The translations under genes were made by a program, and so were the position numbers. Below, piece by piece: positions 1 through 11,696 of a stretch of 64,000 nucleotides of DNA. The stretch's first letter is position 1. Each line of letters opens with the position of its first letter. A model generated the notes under the pieces. That model saw nothing but the letters and a program-made list of their open reading frames with translations, ran no database searches and was not told the origin of the DNA. The DNA lies in contig OZ025782.1 of NCBI GenBank assembly GCA_964019425.1, positions 1,178,001-1,242,000 of the forward strand, read 5' to 3'. This stretch comes from Flectonema sp. DT1601. Taxonomy: Eukaryota.

Positions 1-107
1 CCTTCCCTACCTGTTGTATGAAATTATGAATAGAACAAATTCAGCCTTCAAAAACGATACCAGCTAGTGATTGACATTGGATGCATACAAAAAAGAGCAG
101 CGCATTA

Positions 108-2879
108 CTACTCAGAATCCCATGGTAAATTTTCAAGGAGCGCATCAGGCTCTTTTAATCTGTTCATTCGCCAGTATTGTTTGCGTGTGATTTTATTATT
201 GAGATCAGGAATTCTAGAAGCCATCTTTTCATCATAAGCAGGAACCATCCTAGTGTGAAATGCTTCATTATAATGAGGACTGCCAAGGCCACGAGATGCA
301 TCAATAAAACGAGTTTGTGATTCCCAATTTGAAGCCAACTCAGAACTAGTTGTCGCAATCTCAAAGTCAGAATCTAAATTAGAACTCAACTGTTTTATTA
401 TTTCTGGAGATTCAGCAGCGCATTTTGAGACTTTAAGAACGCTAGCCATGTGATGAAAGGCTCCTTCTTCTTTACCATTAAAATCCTTAAGTAAAAGTAA
501 CTCTTCTTCGTATGGTAAGATTGTTACGTATTTCTCAATGAATGTTTTAATCTCCGAAGGTTTTTGTTTTCCCAGTAGATTCAAAGATTCTAAAGAAAGG
601 AGACGAGCTTCTCTAACTGAATCTCCAAGAAATGAGTAAGTGAGAGCTCGTAGAGAGTCACTCGCATCTTCAAATTCCCGTCTTGCTTCTCTTCCAGCTT
701 CTTCATCACAGAATGCTAAGAACTTATAGTATTCCGAAACAGGTAAAACACAAGTATTATTGCTTGCTAAGTCTGTAAGGTATTCATCACCACACCACAT
801 AAGAGATGAACTATGCAACAAAACTGTTGGATAAGACTCATCGATCTTTGGATATATCGAAAAAGGCTTCAAATCATAAAGAGAAATATCAAAACTACAT
901 AATAAATAAACATCTATAACACCCAACACAGACGAAAATGGAATTGAAGTCAGAGATTTATCATCGAGTTCTTCCGATGGGACGAGGACTTCTTTTTCAT
1001 TTATGATCTTTGAAACGTAATTAGCACCAGACCATTGATCGTGACAGTCCTCTATGACGTCTTTTATTATCATCATATTACAACGGGAACCATGCAACGT
1101 GTAGAATTTAACTAAAGATGAAACCAACTCTTTTGATCCGATTCGCAATACGTAGTTTGATGTTTCTCCCTTTCGACCAGGTGCGCAATACGAATTGTCA
1201 ACTACTAATTGCGTTGATAATATTAAAAGTTCGACAAAAGGTAAAGCAGACGGTGGTGATGTGCTGAACGATTTTAGATATGAAAAGATCATTTCTGATG
1301 ATGGATGTCCCAACAGTTCACAGCATTGTTCAAATAATAAATTCTTTTCAGAAATTGTAATCTCTTTCACACTATCACAGACTGCGACAAACGATGTTAT
1401 AATCGTCGAATCTGATATGGGTAGTTCAGGAGTGAATCGAAGCCACTTTAAAGTATTACTATATTGTCGTAAGTTCTTCATCAACGCTGTTGATTGTACC
1501 ACAGCATCCACATCTTGATAACCAGGTCTACACTTCTGCTGCAACATAAACTCAAATGTACTAAAGCATTTGATAAATTGTCGATTTCTTAAACAACATT
1601 GCAATAAGCCAGTAATTCCAAGACGAGGAGGAGGAAGCCACACGAGTTTAGAATCTTGTTTTGGGGCGTCACTATTGACTCCCTTCTTTAATATTTGATA
1701 AGCGTGTTTAACACTGCTGTCTTTTCCTATAATTTCCTGAAGTAATTCTTGTGGCCAAAAAGACGGTTCTGAAGCTACATATGGAGCGATTATTTTTATC
1801 ATTTTATATATCTCGTCAGAGCTTTCCATTGACTGTGCGTATTGGATTACGATTGGCCAAACTACTTTACAATATTCTTCGAATTCAGTTTCAGGAAGAG
1901 GAAATTCGTCTGAAAAAGGTCGAAAATTCCTCTTCTGATACTGTGATCTGTTTAATATAAACCTCCCCACAGATGATGTAACAGAAGTTGCTTCTTTTAT
2001 TATCCGCAAAGATTCCTCATGGTCGTGTAGAATAGATTCGTAAACATTAGCCAGGGTACCTATTCGTATCGCCTCATCAATTTCTGTACAAGGAATGGCA
2101 TACAGAGAATCTGTTTCTTGAAGTCCTTGTACGTCAGAGAGAGCTTCTAGACAACAACAATAGGAAAAGAAGGCTTCTGGTAGTCGAAACACTGGATGGT
2201 TCTTTCTCATGAATAAGGCATTCCAAAGACTTTTCACAGCACTTTTTTCCAAGTGAATTTGAGTCCTGTTCAAAATATATAATCGTTTTCTAATTTGGTA
2301 GAAAACTTTAGTGAGATCGACAGGTCCGAGACTATGACTATGAATAGGAGATTGTCCATAACTTTTACAAAAACCAGCACCAAGACTACTCAACATGAAT
2401 GATATCGAAACTGGGTGAGCACCTCTCGATTCCATCAGAACATTTAAAACTGATTGACCGATAATACAATTCTTAACTTTCCCATGTTGTGTCCTAAGTG
2501 ACGAGATATCCCTGATGGAGTCTTCTTTGTCTCCACAGAATTGCCACATAAGGTGAAGCCAAGGGATAAACTTAACATCAATTAATAAACTAAGACCGTT
2601 ATTATACCTCCTCTGAGCGAGTATATTATTTTGTCTCTCAACCAACTCTCCATTATCTTCAGAGAATTGTTTCTCTGGTTCTATTTGAACGTTAGCGAGA
2701 GCCTCACGCATCTCATCACTCATTTCAAATGTTGAATGTGATTCTGTTGTTGTAGTTTCAATAGAGTTTGGTTGTAAGACTTTATAAACGCGAGGATCAC
2801 CACGTGTTTGAGGATGTACTCTCTCCCATCTCATGCGACGCAATCTGTTCGCAGCTGAATTTCGTAAAGCCCGAGGCAT
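108..2879 (-). CDS. 923-aa protein, probably mitochondrial; weak PPR-like motif and degenerate PIN-like C-terminal region
   Basis: Long ATG-initiated ORF; Arg-rich N-terminus (MPRALRNSAANRLRRMRW); ITGLLQCCLRNRQFIKCFSTFEFMLQQKCRP resembles a PPR unit; VLLHSSSL...CVLPVSEY resembles PIN strands. Product call is weak. Confidence 0.6.
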   Translation of the reverse strand: MPRALRNSAANRLRRMRWERVHPQTRGDPRVYKVLQPNSIETTTTESHSTFEMSDEMREALANVQIEPEKQFSEDNGELVERQNNILAQRRYNNGLSLLIDVKFIPWLHLMWQFCGDKEDSIRDISSLRTQHGKVKNCIIGQSVLNVLMESRGAHPVSISFMLSSLGAGFCKSYGQSPIHSHSLGPVDLTKVFYQIRKRLYILNRTQIHLEKSAVKSLWNALFMRKNHPVFRLPEAFFSYCCCLEALSDVQGLQETDSLYAIPCTEIDEAIRIGTLANVYESILHDHEESLRIIKEATSVTSSVGRFILNRSQYQKRNFRPFSDEFPLPETEFEEYCKVVWPIVIQYAQSMESSDEIYKMIKIIAPYVASEPSFWPQELLQEIIGKDSSVKHAYQILKKGVNSDAPKQDSKLVWLPPPRLGITGLLQCCLRNRQFIKCFSTFEFMLQQKCRPGYQDVDAVVQSTALMKNLRQYSNTLKWLRFTPELPISDSTIITSFVAVCDSVKEITISEKNLLFEQCCELLGHPSSEMIFSYLKSFSTSPPSALPFVELLILSTQLVVDNSYCAPGRKGETSNYVLRIGSKELVSSLVKFYTLHGSRCNMMIIKDVIEDCHDQWSGANYVSKIINEKEVLVPSEELDDKSLTSIPFSSVLGVIDVYLLCSFDISLYDLKPFSIYPKIDESYPTVLLHSSSLMWCGDEYLTDLASNNTCVLPVSEYYKFLAFCDEEAGREARREFEDASDSLRALTYSFLGDSVREARLLSLESLNLLGKQKPSEIKTFIEKYVTILPYEEELLLLKDFNGKEEGAFHHMASVLKVSKCAAESPEIIKQLSSNLDSDFEIATTSSELASNWESQTRFIDASRGLGSPHYNEAFHTRMVPAYDEKMASRIPDLNNKITRKQYWRMNRLKEPDALLENLPWDSE

Positions 2880-3323
2880 ATTGTGAATATACCTTTTTTT
2901 TTTTTTTTTGAATTCTTAAAACTATCAAACTTTCCCCTTTTATAAATTATATATCAAAACATACTGTTTTCCTCCATTATTAAATAACTGTACAAAAGAA
3001 AAGAAGGAAGGAAGGATAGTTTCGTTATTTTCATTTTCAATGACTTACAATAATTAAAAAAAAAATCTACTACGGTTGTCTAGAGTACAGAACTACGATA
3101 TATTTTTAATAAAGTTTTTTTTTTTTATAATATTATGTTTTATGTGTATAATACTATACATCAATATCATCATTTTAACAATGTAGAATGATGTGGTCAA
3201 TTTACTTCAATTTTTCAAATTCTTTTTTTTTTTTTTTTTTTTTTTTGAATCTATCTTCATCATAGTTTCCACAACAAAGAACTAATGAAATGTTTAGCAG
3301 CACACGATTACAGCAGAGATGGT

Positions 3324-5255
3324 TTACTGCCGTTTGATTTTAGCAGCTTCGCTGGCGAGTTTCAGCCGCACTCCTAATTCAGTGATTCCAAGTTTTAGGA
3401 AATCAGGGCTCTTCATGAGAGAGAACGAAAGGCAATCAATCTCAGCATCGTGAAATGCCTGAAGGTGTTTTTCTGCTCCAGACTTTCGAATGGCACTGAT
3501 AACAGCATCAGGTAGTGGATTAGTCTCGTGGCGATGAGTATGAACTTTCGCCTCAGACACACCAAGGTGTAAGGCAAAGTTCTCCTGCTGAAGTCGTTCA
3601 TAAGTTGAAATCTCTTCAATAGTTTGTTGCAGGGCTTCTGTGTTGGCAATTTCCGTCTTTTGTAAATCGACTGTTTTCATCAGAGTCTCCCAACGAGTTT
3701 GTAAAGATTTGTGATCTGTTTTAGTGCGGGCCATGAGAATTAGTTTTTCGTTTTGAAGTTTTTGTTCCTCCGATTCGATCAGCTTTCGCCTTGCCTCGAT
3801 TTGTGTGGAGCGGTCATCAGCCTCCTTGACTCTGGTTTGGTCTTCAGATGATGTTTGAACAACTAAAGATTTCATTAAAGTTAACCAACTCTCTTCTCTC
3901 AATTGAGCAGATTTCTGAAACTCTTCTAACTTGTCAGCAGCCTGTGAGGACGGTTCAGGTTCTGACTTTCTGGTTTCTATCACTTCGTGAAGTTTCTTCA
4001 TTTCACCTTCTATTTTAGTCATCTCTTCAGCGAGTAGATTCTTCATCTCGATATGTCCACTTCTTTGGTTCTGCATTGCGTAATTCTCAACCAGCTCAAC
4101 TGACTGTAGTCTGGCCTGTTGAAGAACTTTATTAATTGGGACTGTGAGATCAGCTTGTCGTCGGTAAAGAGCATGAGTGGCAGCATCAAACGCGAGAGAG
4201 AAAATCGTATTTGGAGCAGGTTTCTGAGAACAGCTGAGTGTCACTTGCTTGTGTGAATCATCACAAGCTGCCGCCAACTTCTTCAGAACTTCCGACATCG
4301 TTAAAACATCGCCTTCTTTTGTATTCGACAACAGCTTTCCCAACCCACGAGATATTATGTTGTAGCTATCTAATTCTCTATTCCTCCTCTCTTGTAGTAG
4401 TTCACCGAGTATTTGACCAGATTTGTTAATATGAAAACAATTAATATGCAAAGTATTATAACTAACGGGTATCTCAATAGAGACTGGTCCTTCAGCAATA
4501 GTTTCCGGGTGTGATATAGAACAACTTGGTGATAATTGTAGTAATGATCCACCCTGATCAAAGTCACATATTAGAGATACAAAAACATCACTTGCTAATC
4601 GAGAGAGTGAACTTTGAATATCAAAGTGAGTTATCGGTCCTGAGGTGCGGTAATCAGAGCAGCAGAAGTTTGCTTCAGATCGAATACCACTTCCTTGAGC
4701 TGGTAGTCTTATGGAAGCTCCTACAAAACAAATAATAATTGATTCCCCAGGTAGTATGTCTTCTGTTACCCACCACAGTCCTGCTATTATATTCTCTCTA
4801 GTAGCCTGCCATGGACCAGTATCTGTGAGTGTTAGTACTGGGGTGATAAATCCTTCACTCCTTAGTCCTTCTTGTAGCTCATTCACTGCCTGACTTGTTC
4901 CTGGAACCTCTTCCTGGGTATTCGTAGAATCACATGCAACGAGTAACACTTTCTTAGCTCCAGGTACGAGTGTTTTCTTAGGTGTTCCGCTTCGTGTTTT
5001 CTGCAGTTGGGGAATGACAGGTGGGGAAGGTGCTTCAGGTTCCTTAGCTACTTTTGTTTCACTAGGCGGAGGCGACGAAGGCGGAGGAGGAGGAGGTGAT
5101 GCAGCTTCACTTACTGCTTTGTCATTTTGTTTTCCTTCCTTCAGAGGAATTGGTGGTTCAGGAGATCCCTCATCAGGTGGTGGTGGTGGTGGAGGCGGAG
5201 AAGCTGGCGAAGGTGACGCCGTCGGTGAAGGCGCCGCACCATCTGCTTCGGACAT
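3324..5255 (-). CDS. Catalytically dead metacaspase (C14-like) + coiled coil + C-terminal SAM domain, Pro-rich N-terminus
   Basis: KKVLLVAC...ATRENIIAGLWWVTEDILPGESIIICFVGAS...SLICDFDQGGSLLQL follows the metacaspase pattern; GAEKHLQAFHDAEID...DFLKLGITELGVRLKL is SAM-like; first ATG at 5255. Confidence 0.8.
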   Translation of the reverse strand: MSEADGAAPSPTASPSPASPPPPPPPPDEGSPEPPIPLKEGKQNDKAVSEAASPPPPPPSSPPPSETKVAKEPEAPSPPVIPQLQKTRSGTPKKTLVPGAKKVLLVACDSTNTQEEVPGTSQAVNELQEGLRSEGFITPVLTLTDTGPWQATRENIIAGLWWVTEDILPGESIIICFVGASIRLPAQGSGIRSEANFCCSDYRTSGPITHFDIQSSLSRLASDVFVSLICDFDQGGSLLQLSPSCSISHPETIAEGPVSIEIPVSYNTLHINCFHINKSGQILGELLQERRNRELDSYNIISRGLGKLLSNTKEGDVLTMSEVLKKLAAACDDSHKQVTLSCSQKPAPNTIFSLAFDAATHALYRRQADLTVPINKVLQQARLQSVELVENYAMQNQRSGHIEMKNLLAEEMTKIEGEMKKLHEVIETRKSEPEPSSQAADKLEEFQKSAQLREESWLTLMKSLVVQTSSEDQTRVKEADDRSTQIEARRKLIESEEQKLQNEKLILMARTKTDHKSLQTRWETLMKTVDLQKTEIANTEALQQTIEEISTYERLQQENFALHLGVSEAKVHTHRHETNPLPDAVISAIRKSGAEKHLQAFHDAEIDCLSFSLMKSPDFLKLGITELGVRLKLASEAAKIKRQ

Positions 5256-5418
5256 TTTATAAAACAACTGACTGACACAAATGATAATAATTATAACTAA
5301 ACAGTTCACTTATTCTTTCAACAAGAAAAACGACGAAATCAAGAAACAAGAATATTACAAAATACAGCCAAAAAATTGATAAGAAAATCTGAAAGTGAAC
5401 AACCAAAGTTACTCCTCG

Positions 5419-6447
5419 TCAATGATAATATTCATCGTAAGCATGTCTTGGAGGACTTCTTCGAATCTCATGCTGAAACAGATGTGACTCATCATGAGGT
5501 AAAGGATTATATTCAAACTGATCAACAACAGGTTGAGGAGGTGCTGGAGGAACATATGGAACAGTAGATTGATGTTCGTAGTCGTCATCAGTCAGACGCC
5601 GGGAACGATCTCTCGGTGAGTTGTAATCCAACTGCTGATGAAAGTTTCGATGACCAACATCAGGTTGAGGAGGTGCTGGAGGAATAGTACTAACTCTACG
5701 AGATTTCATACTGCTATCATATCCTCGTCTTTGTGGAATTGTTTGAGAATACGAAACATAATTAGGAACAGGAGCGACAGCATCAACAACTACCTGTCCA
5801 GACCTACACCTATCAGCAACAGTACTAACCATATAATGTGGAACAGTATTCTCAATGGTTAAATGATGTTTCCAAGACTGTATATGAGAGTAGAGTAATT
5901 CTATCACGTCTGAGTGATTCTGTGAGAATCTAGCCCAAGCTCTCCAATTAATACGACCTGTTCTGGAAGTATCAGCTTCTAGAAACCAATCATAAATATT
6001 AGCTGACGAGATTCTCATTCGTGAGTTCATACAACGACCACTTCCGAGAACGTTCTTTGCATCAGTGGAATCGATGTATCCTTTGTGGTGGCTGTCCATG
6101 TGTCTGAAGACTGCTTTTGCTTTTTGTTTTAGTGTCGTGTTGGTAATACGTCTAGGACTCAATTCCTCACCTGCTCTCACAACTCTAATTATTTCATTGT
6201 CACGAAGATGATTTGTGTCTTTAAGTACTTCCCACCTGCCTTCCTCACATTCTACTCGCAACCCACTAATCCGAAACGGCCACGCAGCGGTCCCGTGTAG
6301 TTGGTGTAGCCGCAGTTGTATTTCATGTCGTAGAAGTCTCAAAGTTGGTTTGCCCCCTTCAAAAGATATCTCTTCGATAAACACATCACCTCTGTCTGTT
6401 GTTCCCTTTGCTTGAACTGTAAAAGTTGTGCCAACTCCGTTGCCCAT
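5419..6447 (-). CDS. EF-hand protein with possible N-myristoylation (MGNG)
   Basis: VFRHMDSHHKGYIDSTD and FLEADTSRTGRINWRAW EF-hand loops; Pro-rich tail with duplicated PPAPPQP. Confidence 0.75.
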   Translation of the reverse strand: MGNGVGTTFTVQAKGTTDRGDVFIEEISFEGGKPTLRLLRHEIQLRLHQLHGTAAWPFRISGLRVECEEGRWEVLKDTNHLRDNEIIRVVRAGEELSPRRITNTTLKQKAKAVFRHMDSHHKGYIDSTDAKNVLGSGRCMNSRMRISSANIYDWFLEADTSRTGRINWRAWARFSQNHSDVIELLYSHIQSWKHHLTIENTVPHYMVSTVADRCRSGQVVVDAVAPVPNYVSYSQTIPQRRGYDSSMKSRRVSTIPPAPPQPDVGHRNFHQQLDYNSPRDRSRRLTDDDYEHQSTVPYVPPAPPQPVVDQFEYNPLPHDESHLFQHEIRRSPPRHAYDEYYH

Positions 6448-6788
6448 TTGCCTTCTTTAGCAACAGACTTCTACTCTAACAACGTCTCAGTTGTCACCAA
6501 CAATTTCAGAGTCCTGTTGATGAATAAATAAATAACATCAACAACAACAATTCTAAATAACATCAACAAGGATATCATACATTACGTTACTCTAGGGAAC
6601 GGAAAACAAAAGTTCCAACGGGAGAGGGTTTTCAGGGGAAGAGCTAACAAATTGGTTTTAGAAACCGAAATACACCAAATTTGTTTTTCTTAACACAAAA
6701 TACAAATGAGGACTTAACAAAAGTACTCAGAATTGAGAAAGCAACCAAGAGGGCCCAGGAATACCGACTGCAATGTTCATTTTATTAT

Positions 6789-7652
6789 CTACCAATCTCG
6801 TGTCCTGCCGCAGGATCTGAGTGCAGGTCGTAATGATGACCGACTCCGCTCTACACTTGGTGTCCACTTGTCCGCAAGTCTCCCAATCGACGTCTCTAAT
6901 TTATCAATAGCAGTAGTTCTCTTTTCCTGAATGTCAGTACCCTTGACTTGGAGAACACCGAGAGCACGAACCTGATTCTTAAGTCTTTTGACCTTCGCTA
7001 GAGACGCATCAGCTTCCTGTAGCCTCTCGCGATAGAAAACATTTTCAGAAGCAAGTGCGTCCTTTTCAGATAGAAGGTCTTGTTTGTCACGTCGTAGAGT
7101 TCGAACTGTCCCTTCCATTTCATTGACCATATTAAGAAGTACTTCGGGATCACTGGGGAGGCGCAGGGGATTTGTTGGAACTGCTTTGGAACGAGTTTTT
7201 TTTTTTCGAGGTTTAACTTGTCTTTGGATTGGACTACTGGGTCTGAGGACAGCTTTCGTAGCGGGTGATAATCTAACTCTGACACGATCTCGACTTCTAT
7301 GTCTGCGAGGCGGAGATTCGATTGCAGTTGTCGCAGGAGATCTTCTCGGGGAGATATCTCTGGTCTGAATCTCTGGTTGTTGATGTCGTTGTGGAAGTTG
7401 AATCTGAGGTTGTAATTGTTGTTGCTGTTGTATGTGATATAAATCTATAAGTTTATCTAACCTACCTAACAACTCACCATGACGTTTAGATTCAGCATCA
7501 GCTTTTACTTGCAATCCTTTTGCAATGTCACGCCACTCTGACTCTGCTCTCCCTCCAACAAAACCCTCAGTTTGATCAATAGAAGTCATTTCTGGCATCT
7601 GACCCCCAAATAGACTCGTCGTTCCAGTTACACTGGTCGCGGCGTAACTCAT
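6789..7652 (-). CDS. Hypothetical coiled-coil protein (287 aa)
   Basis: ATG-initiated ORF with heptad-like C-terminal half, same strand as neighbours. Confidence 0.7.
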   Translation of the reverse strand: MSYAATSVTGTTSLFGGQMPEMTSIDQTEGFVGGRAESEWRDIAKGLQVKADAESKRHGELLGRLDKLIDLYHIQQQQQLQPQIQLPQRHQQPEIQTRDISPRRSPATTAIESPPRRHRSRDRVRVRLSPATKAVLRPSSPIQRQVKPRKKKTRSKAVPTNPLRLPSDPEVLLNMVNEMEGTVRTLRRDKQDLLSEKDALASENVFYRERLQEADASLAKVKRLKNQVRALGVLQVKGTDIQEKRTTAIDKLETSIGRLADKWTPSVERSRSSLRPALRSCGRTRDW

Positions 7653-7889
7653 TTTTTTTTTCAGTCACACCCCCTTTTTTGGAAATAATCATAACACACA
7701 AAAACAACAAGCAGATTTAAAAAAAAACTAAACAGAAAACAGTCTTCGTCACTGCTATATAATGTAAGTGAGATAAAAGTACCACTTGGGAAGACATGAA
7801 AATGCCTTTCTACAGTGACAAAATTTCACGGGGTTAAGATTAAATTAAATATCAGTGTAAGCATAAACTATGGAGTTCATCATTATTAT

Positions 7890-10800
7890 TTAAATAGTTG
7901 CAGCACTTGAAGTAGTAAAGTCAGTTTGAGAGACTGGTTTGGTAGTTGGAGTTGGTTCTGTTGACGCGGTGGAGTTTTTAGTACTTTCAGTCATTCGAGT
8001 TGTTTCAAATGCTTGTCGACGAAGACGATTAAAACGCGCACGAGTCTGAGAGGTCACCGTCATTCGATGAATAGGACCCTTATTTAGTTTAGCATACTGA
8101 TGAGTGTGAGGTCGACGAAGTGGATTCGATGGAGGTGACGTCGGTGGAGCATCCGGTGATTTTGATTTTCGACAACTATTTGGACCACATTTTGATTTCT
8201 TAGTTGAACATGGATGTAATCCACCTCTAACACTACTATTGTTATTATTATTAAAGTGGGTGCTACACTTTGAGGGTGACCTTCCAACATCCACCCCATC
8301 AGGAACCTCACTATGTAAAACAGCCCATTGAAGAACTGTACAATCATTTCCTCCTGTTGTAAATAATAAACTATCGTCTGCAGACCAACATACATTTGTT
8401 ACGTGTGCTGAATGTCCATTGTACGTCTTTGAGTGAGGTCGTAGTTTTATTCGCCCTCTTGCATCTAATCCAGATCCAATACAAGGAAACTTAAATAACT
8501 CAATGAGGTGAGCATCATTACCGGTTGCGATAAATCTTCCATCTGATGATCTGCTGCAGGTGTTGATGTCAGTTCCGTCCATGAAACGTCCCCAAATTCC
8601 TGTTTGTGTTTTAATTAGATAAAAACATAATAATTAGTTGATATAGAAATATAACATACCCTGAACATTCCATCCCAAAGGACATGTTTGTGTTGCCCAT
8701 GACACACAACTTGTAATAACAGAAGTACTGTGAGTAAGTTGCAGATATTTTTGATTATTTGTTGTACGAGTCATGTCAAAAAACATTAATTCATAACTTT
8801 TACTTGTGCATTGAAGTAGACTACTATCAGAGGACCAGTCAAGGTGAGTGACTGGAGAGCTGATTCCCATACACGACCCATTGTACTGTAAATCTTGCAC
8901 TCTCTCAGCAGAGAATGCCTCAGTGTTATACCGAAATGAATAAACATCAAGATTAGTAAAAGCTGCTACAGCTAAGTATCTACCATCAGGTGAAAACTTT
9001 AAACAATTAATTCGAGATCTCCTAAAACATGATGACGATAAAGGCAACTCTCTAGCAGGCCATAGTCTTAAAAGCGAACGCGCATTATATACACCGAAAG
9101 CGCCACACTTAAAACCGATAGCAATCAGATCACCTGTACTGTTGTAGCAGCAAACCCAGGGAGTTAGTGTTAGATTACGCCTTTTTACACAAGTGTGAAA
9201 ATTTGCATCCCAAACTCTTATTGTGCAATCCTCAGTGGTGGTGGCTACTTGTCTTTTGAACGGATGTGATGAGAGACCCCACAGCTCTCCATACCCGGTT
9301 GGTTTTTTAATATTACGGTAGCTTCCATAGTGTGACTCTGCTTCAGGATGTACAGCTATCGGAGTTGTTTGAACATTAGTATGTAAATGAACAGTATAGA
9401 CAGAAGAGAGAGCTGTTCCAACAACAACACAGTTCTGTGAAGGGTTTACTGCAATTGCCTTAATTGAATTTATGTCATTGCCTGGAAAATAATTTGACAT
9501 ATTAATACACCAACTACAGCAGTCAGGTATTTCAGGAGGGTTGTTGCTACCTTCTGAGAGGTTTATTTTATCAATTGACAGCATGCGAAGATATCCATCT
9601 TTTCCACCTGTCAAACAGCTAATAAGCATCTCACCACTATCCCTGCAAGTTATACTCTGAATGGCTGATATTCCCAAATCCGGTCCATCTTTTGGTCCAG
9701 TTCTATTCCTAGTGAGGTCATTTTTTTTGTCGAATAAATGTCGTTTTTCTTGTCTAATTTTTTCTTTTGCCAAACTGTTTCGAGATGCTATATTTTCACG
9801 AACGAGTATGGCTAGCTCGCAGTCCCATGCTTTTTTTATATTCACAAAAGAGTCAGCGGAAGTGTCAAGCAGATCGTCAACTGTGTACTTCGCACCAGTG
9901 ATTGCACTCGGTCGTGTTAGTGTCTTCTTTAAGTTTCCTGCCTTTGCTATTTTTGTAATCATATGTTTTCGATCCTCTGCCGATGAGAGAACAACAGCAG
10001 AGAGAGTATCAATCCATAAGTCTTCTACTAAACATTTAAGACCCTCAATGTATTCTTGTATTCGAGCTTTTAATGTGTAGCGAACTCTTTGTGCATTTGC
10101 TTCTTTCGGAATTGCCTTTGATAAAGAGTCAATATTTGATATAATGTTAATATGGATTGAGTTCATCTCACTGATAGTTGACTGGTCTCTGCTGAATGCT
10201 TTCCCACATGAGAGAAGCTCGTCTGCTAGTTTTGAGACAAGCTGCAGTGAGTCAGTCACGTTGGGATTAATATTAAAGTTATTCGGAATGTACAGCTGTG
10301 ACAGCGGAACTAGTTTTTTTGCTATTTTTTTATTCTTGTCATCAGATACAAGACGAAATACAATTATCAATGATGATGTAGTACTGGCAACTAACATAGT
10401 CTTATCGATAGTATCTGGTACACATGAAACAGATGTATATGAATCTACACCTGCTGCTTTAGTAGATCTAATTAAGATTGGCTGTGGTTCTTTTTTAGTT
10501 TGAATCATTGACCAGACATAAAGATGTTTCCATCCAGCAGTTGCGAACTGATGTGTGTGTTTACTACTAATCAGCCATTTCATTTCAAATATCGAATTTC
10601 GTCCCGGAGATGGCATTTGCACGAGAGGAACACCTCGAGCCCAATCAAAAACAATAATTGTGTGGTTATCATCAGCACCTGAGGCAGCCAATAAGTTTCC
10701 ACATTTATTAAACGCAACAGTCACCGCAGCATATCGTAAATGTTCAGCAATCGTTTGAAGATGAATTGTTTTTTTTGTATTAATATCAATCCTCCAAATA

Positions 10801-11225
10801 TTAAGCATGACTGATGAATGAGCTCCTATAGATCCTGTTGCAGCGATTGTTCGTTCAGTGTGGTAGTCAATGCTGACGATGTCTTCTTCGTGTTGGAGAT
10901 AAAAGAATTGCTCACCAGTAAATATATTTTGAATAATCCCAATAGCAGCTGTGTAATAAATGATATTCACATCATCAGCCCATCTGATATTGTTGCGAAC
11001 TCCTCTTGAGCGATATCCGTATGCGTGTTCTAAGATTAGTTTTGCATCTGGTTTGCTAGACTCCATGTCATCAATTGATTGAAACATATCATTACTGGAG
11101 TTGCAATTCAGAATTGATCCCAGCCATGGTTTTACACAAATAAAACTTTTTCCTTCATCCGATTCCAATTCCAGGGGTGTTATCTCTTCTGAATTATCAC
11201 TGAAATCGACATCAAATTCATCCAT
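7890..11225 (-). CDS. EMAP-like (EML) HELP + WD40 microtubule-associated protein, 2 exons (11225-8660, 8599-7890), 1091 aa
   Basis: HELP motif LEHAYGYRSRGVRNN, ELWGLSSHP, GHSAHVTNVCWS; 60-nt GTATGT...ACAG intron 8600-8659 restores WNVQ-GIWGRFMDGTDIN. Confidence 0.88.
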
Positions 11226-11696
11226 CTCAGAACCTGAAAAGAAAACAACGAACTAAATTATTTTTATAACCTCACTTGACTCGAGGGAGCTCTCTCCCAA
11301 AAATAACAAAGAAAAAAGAAAAAACTCACTAACAAATTTGAACGTCGTAAGACGTGGGTAAATAAAAACCAGAATATGGTTGGAAAAGAAAAAAAAAAAG
11401 ATACAGAGCGAGCAGGCAGCAACTAAAAGCAGAAAACCTATTCGTGAGCTACTACCAATAGCTCGCTAAGAGTTCACAAAATTCTCAAAAAAAAAAAAAA
11501 AAAAAAAGTATTTTCGGAATAGCACTTAACTAAATCTGAAAGATCAACTTCGAAATCTCAGAAGTCGAACCACACGAAAAAAATATAAAAAAAAAGAAAA
11601 TAATAAAACCACTCCTGTGTGCCCCAGCCATGAGACTAGAGAATAGAAAACAAAACTGAATGAGACTAATAAAAAAAGAAAATATATATAAAATCC

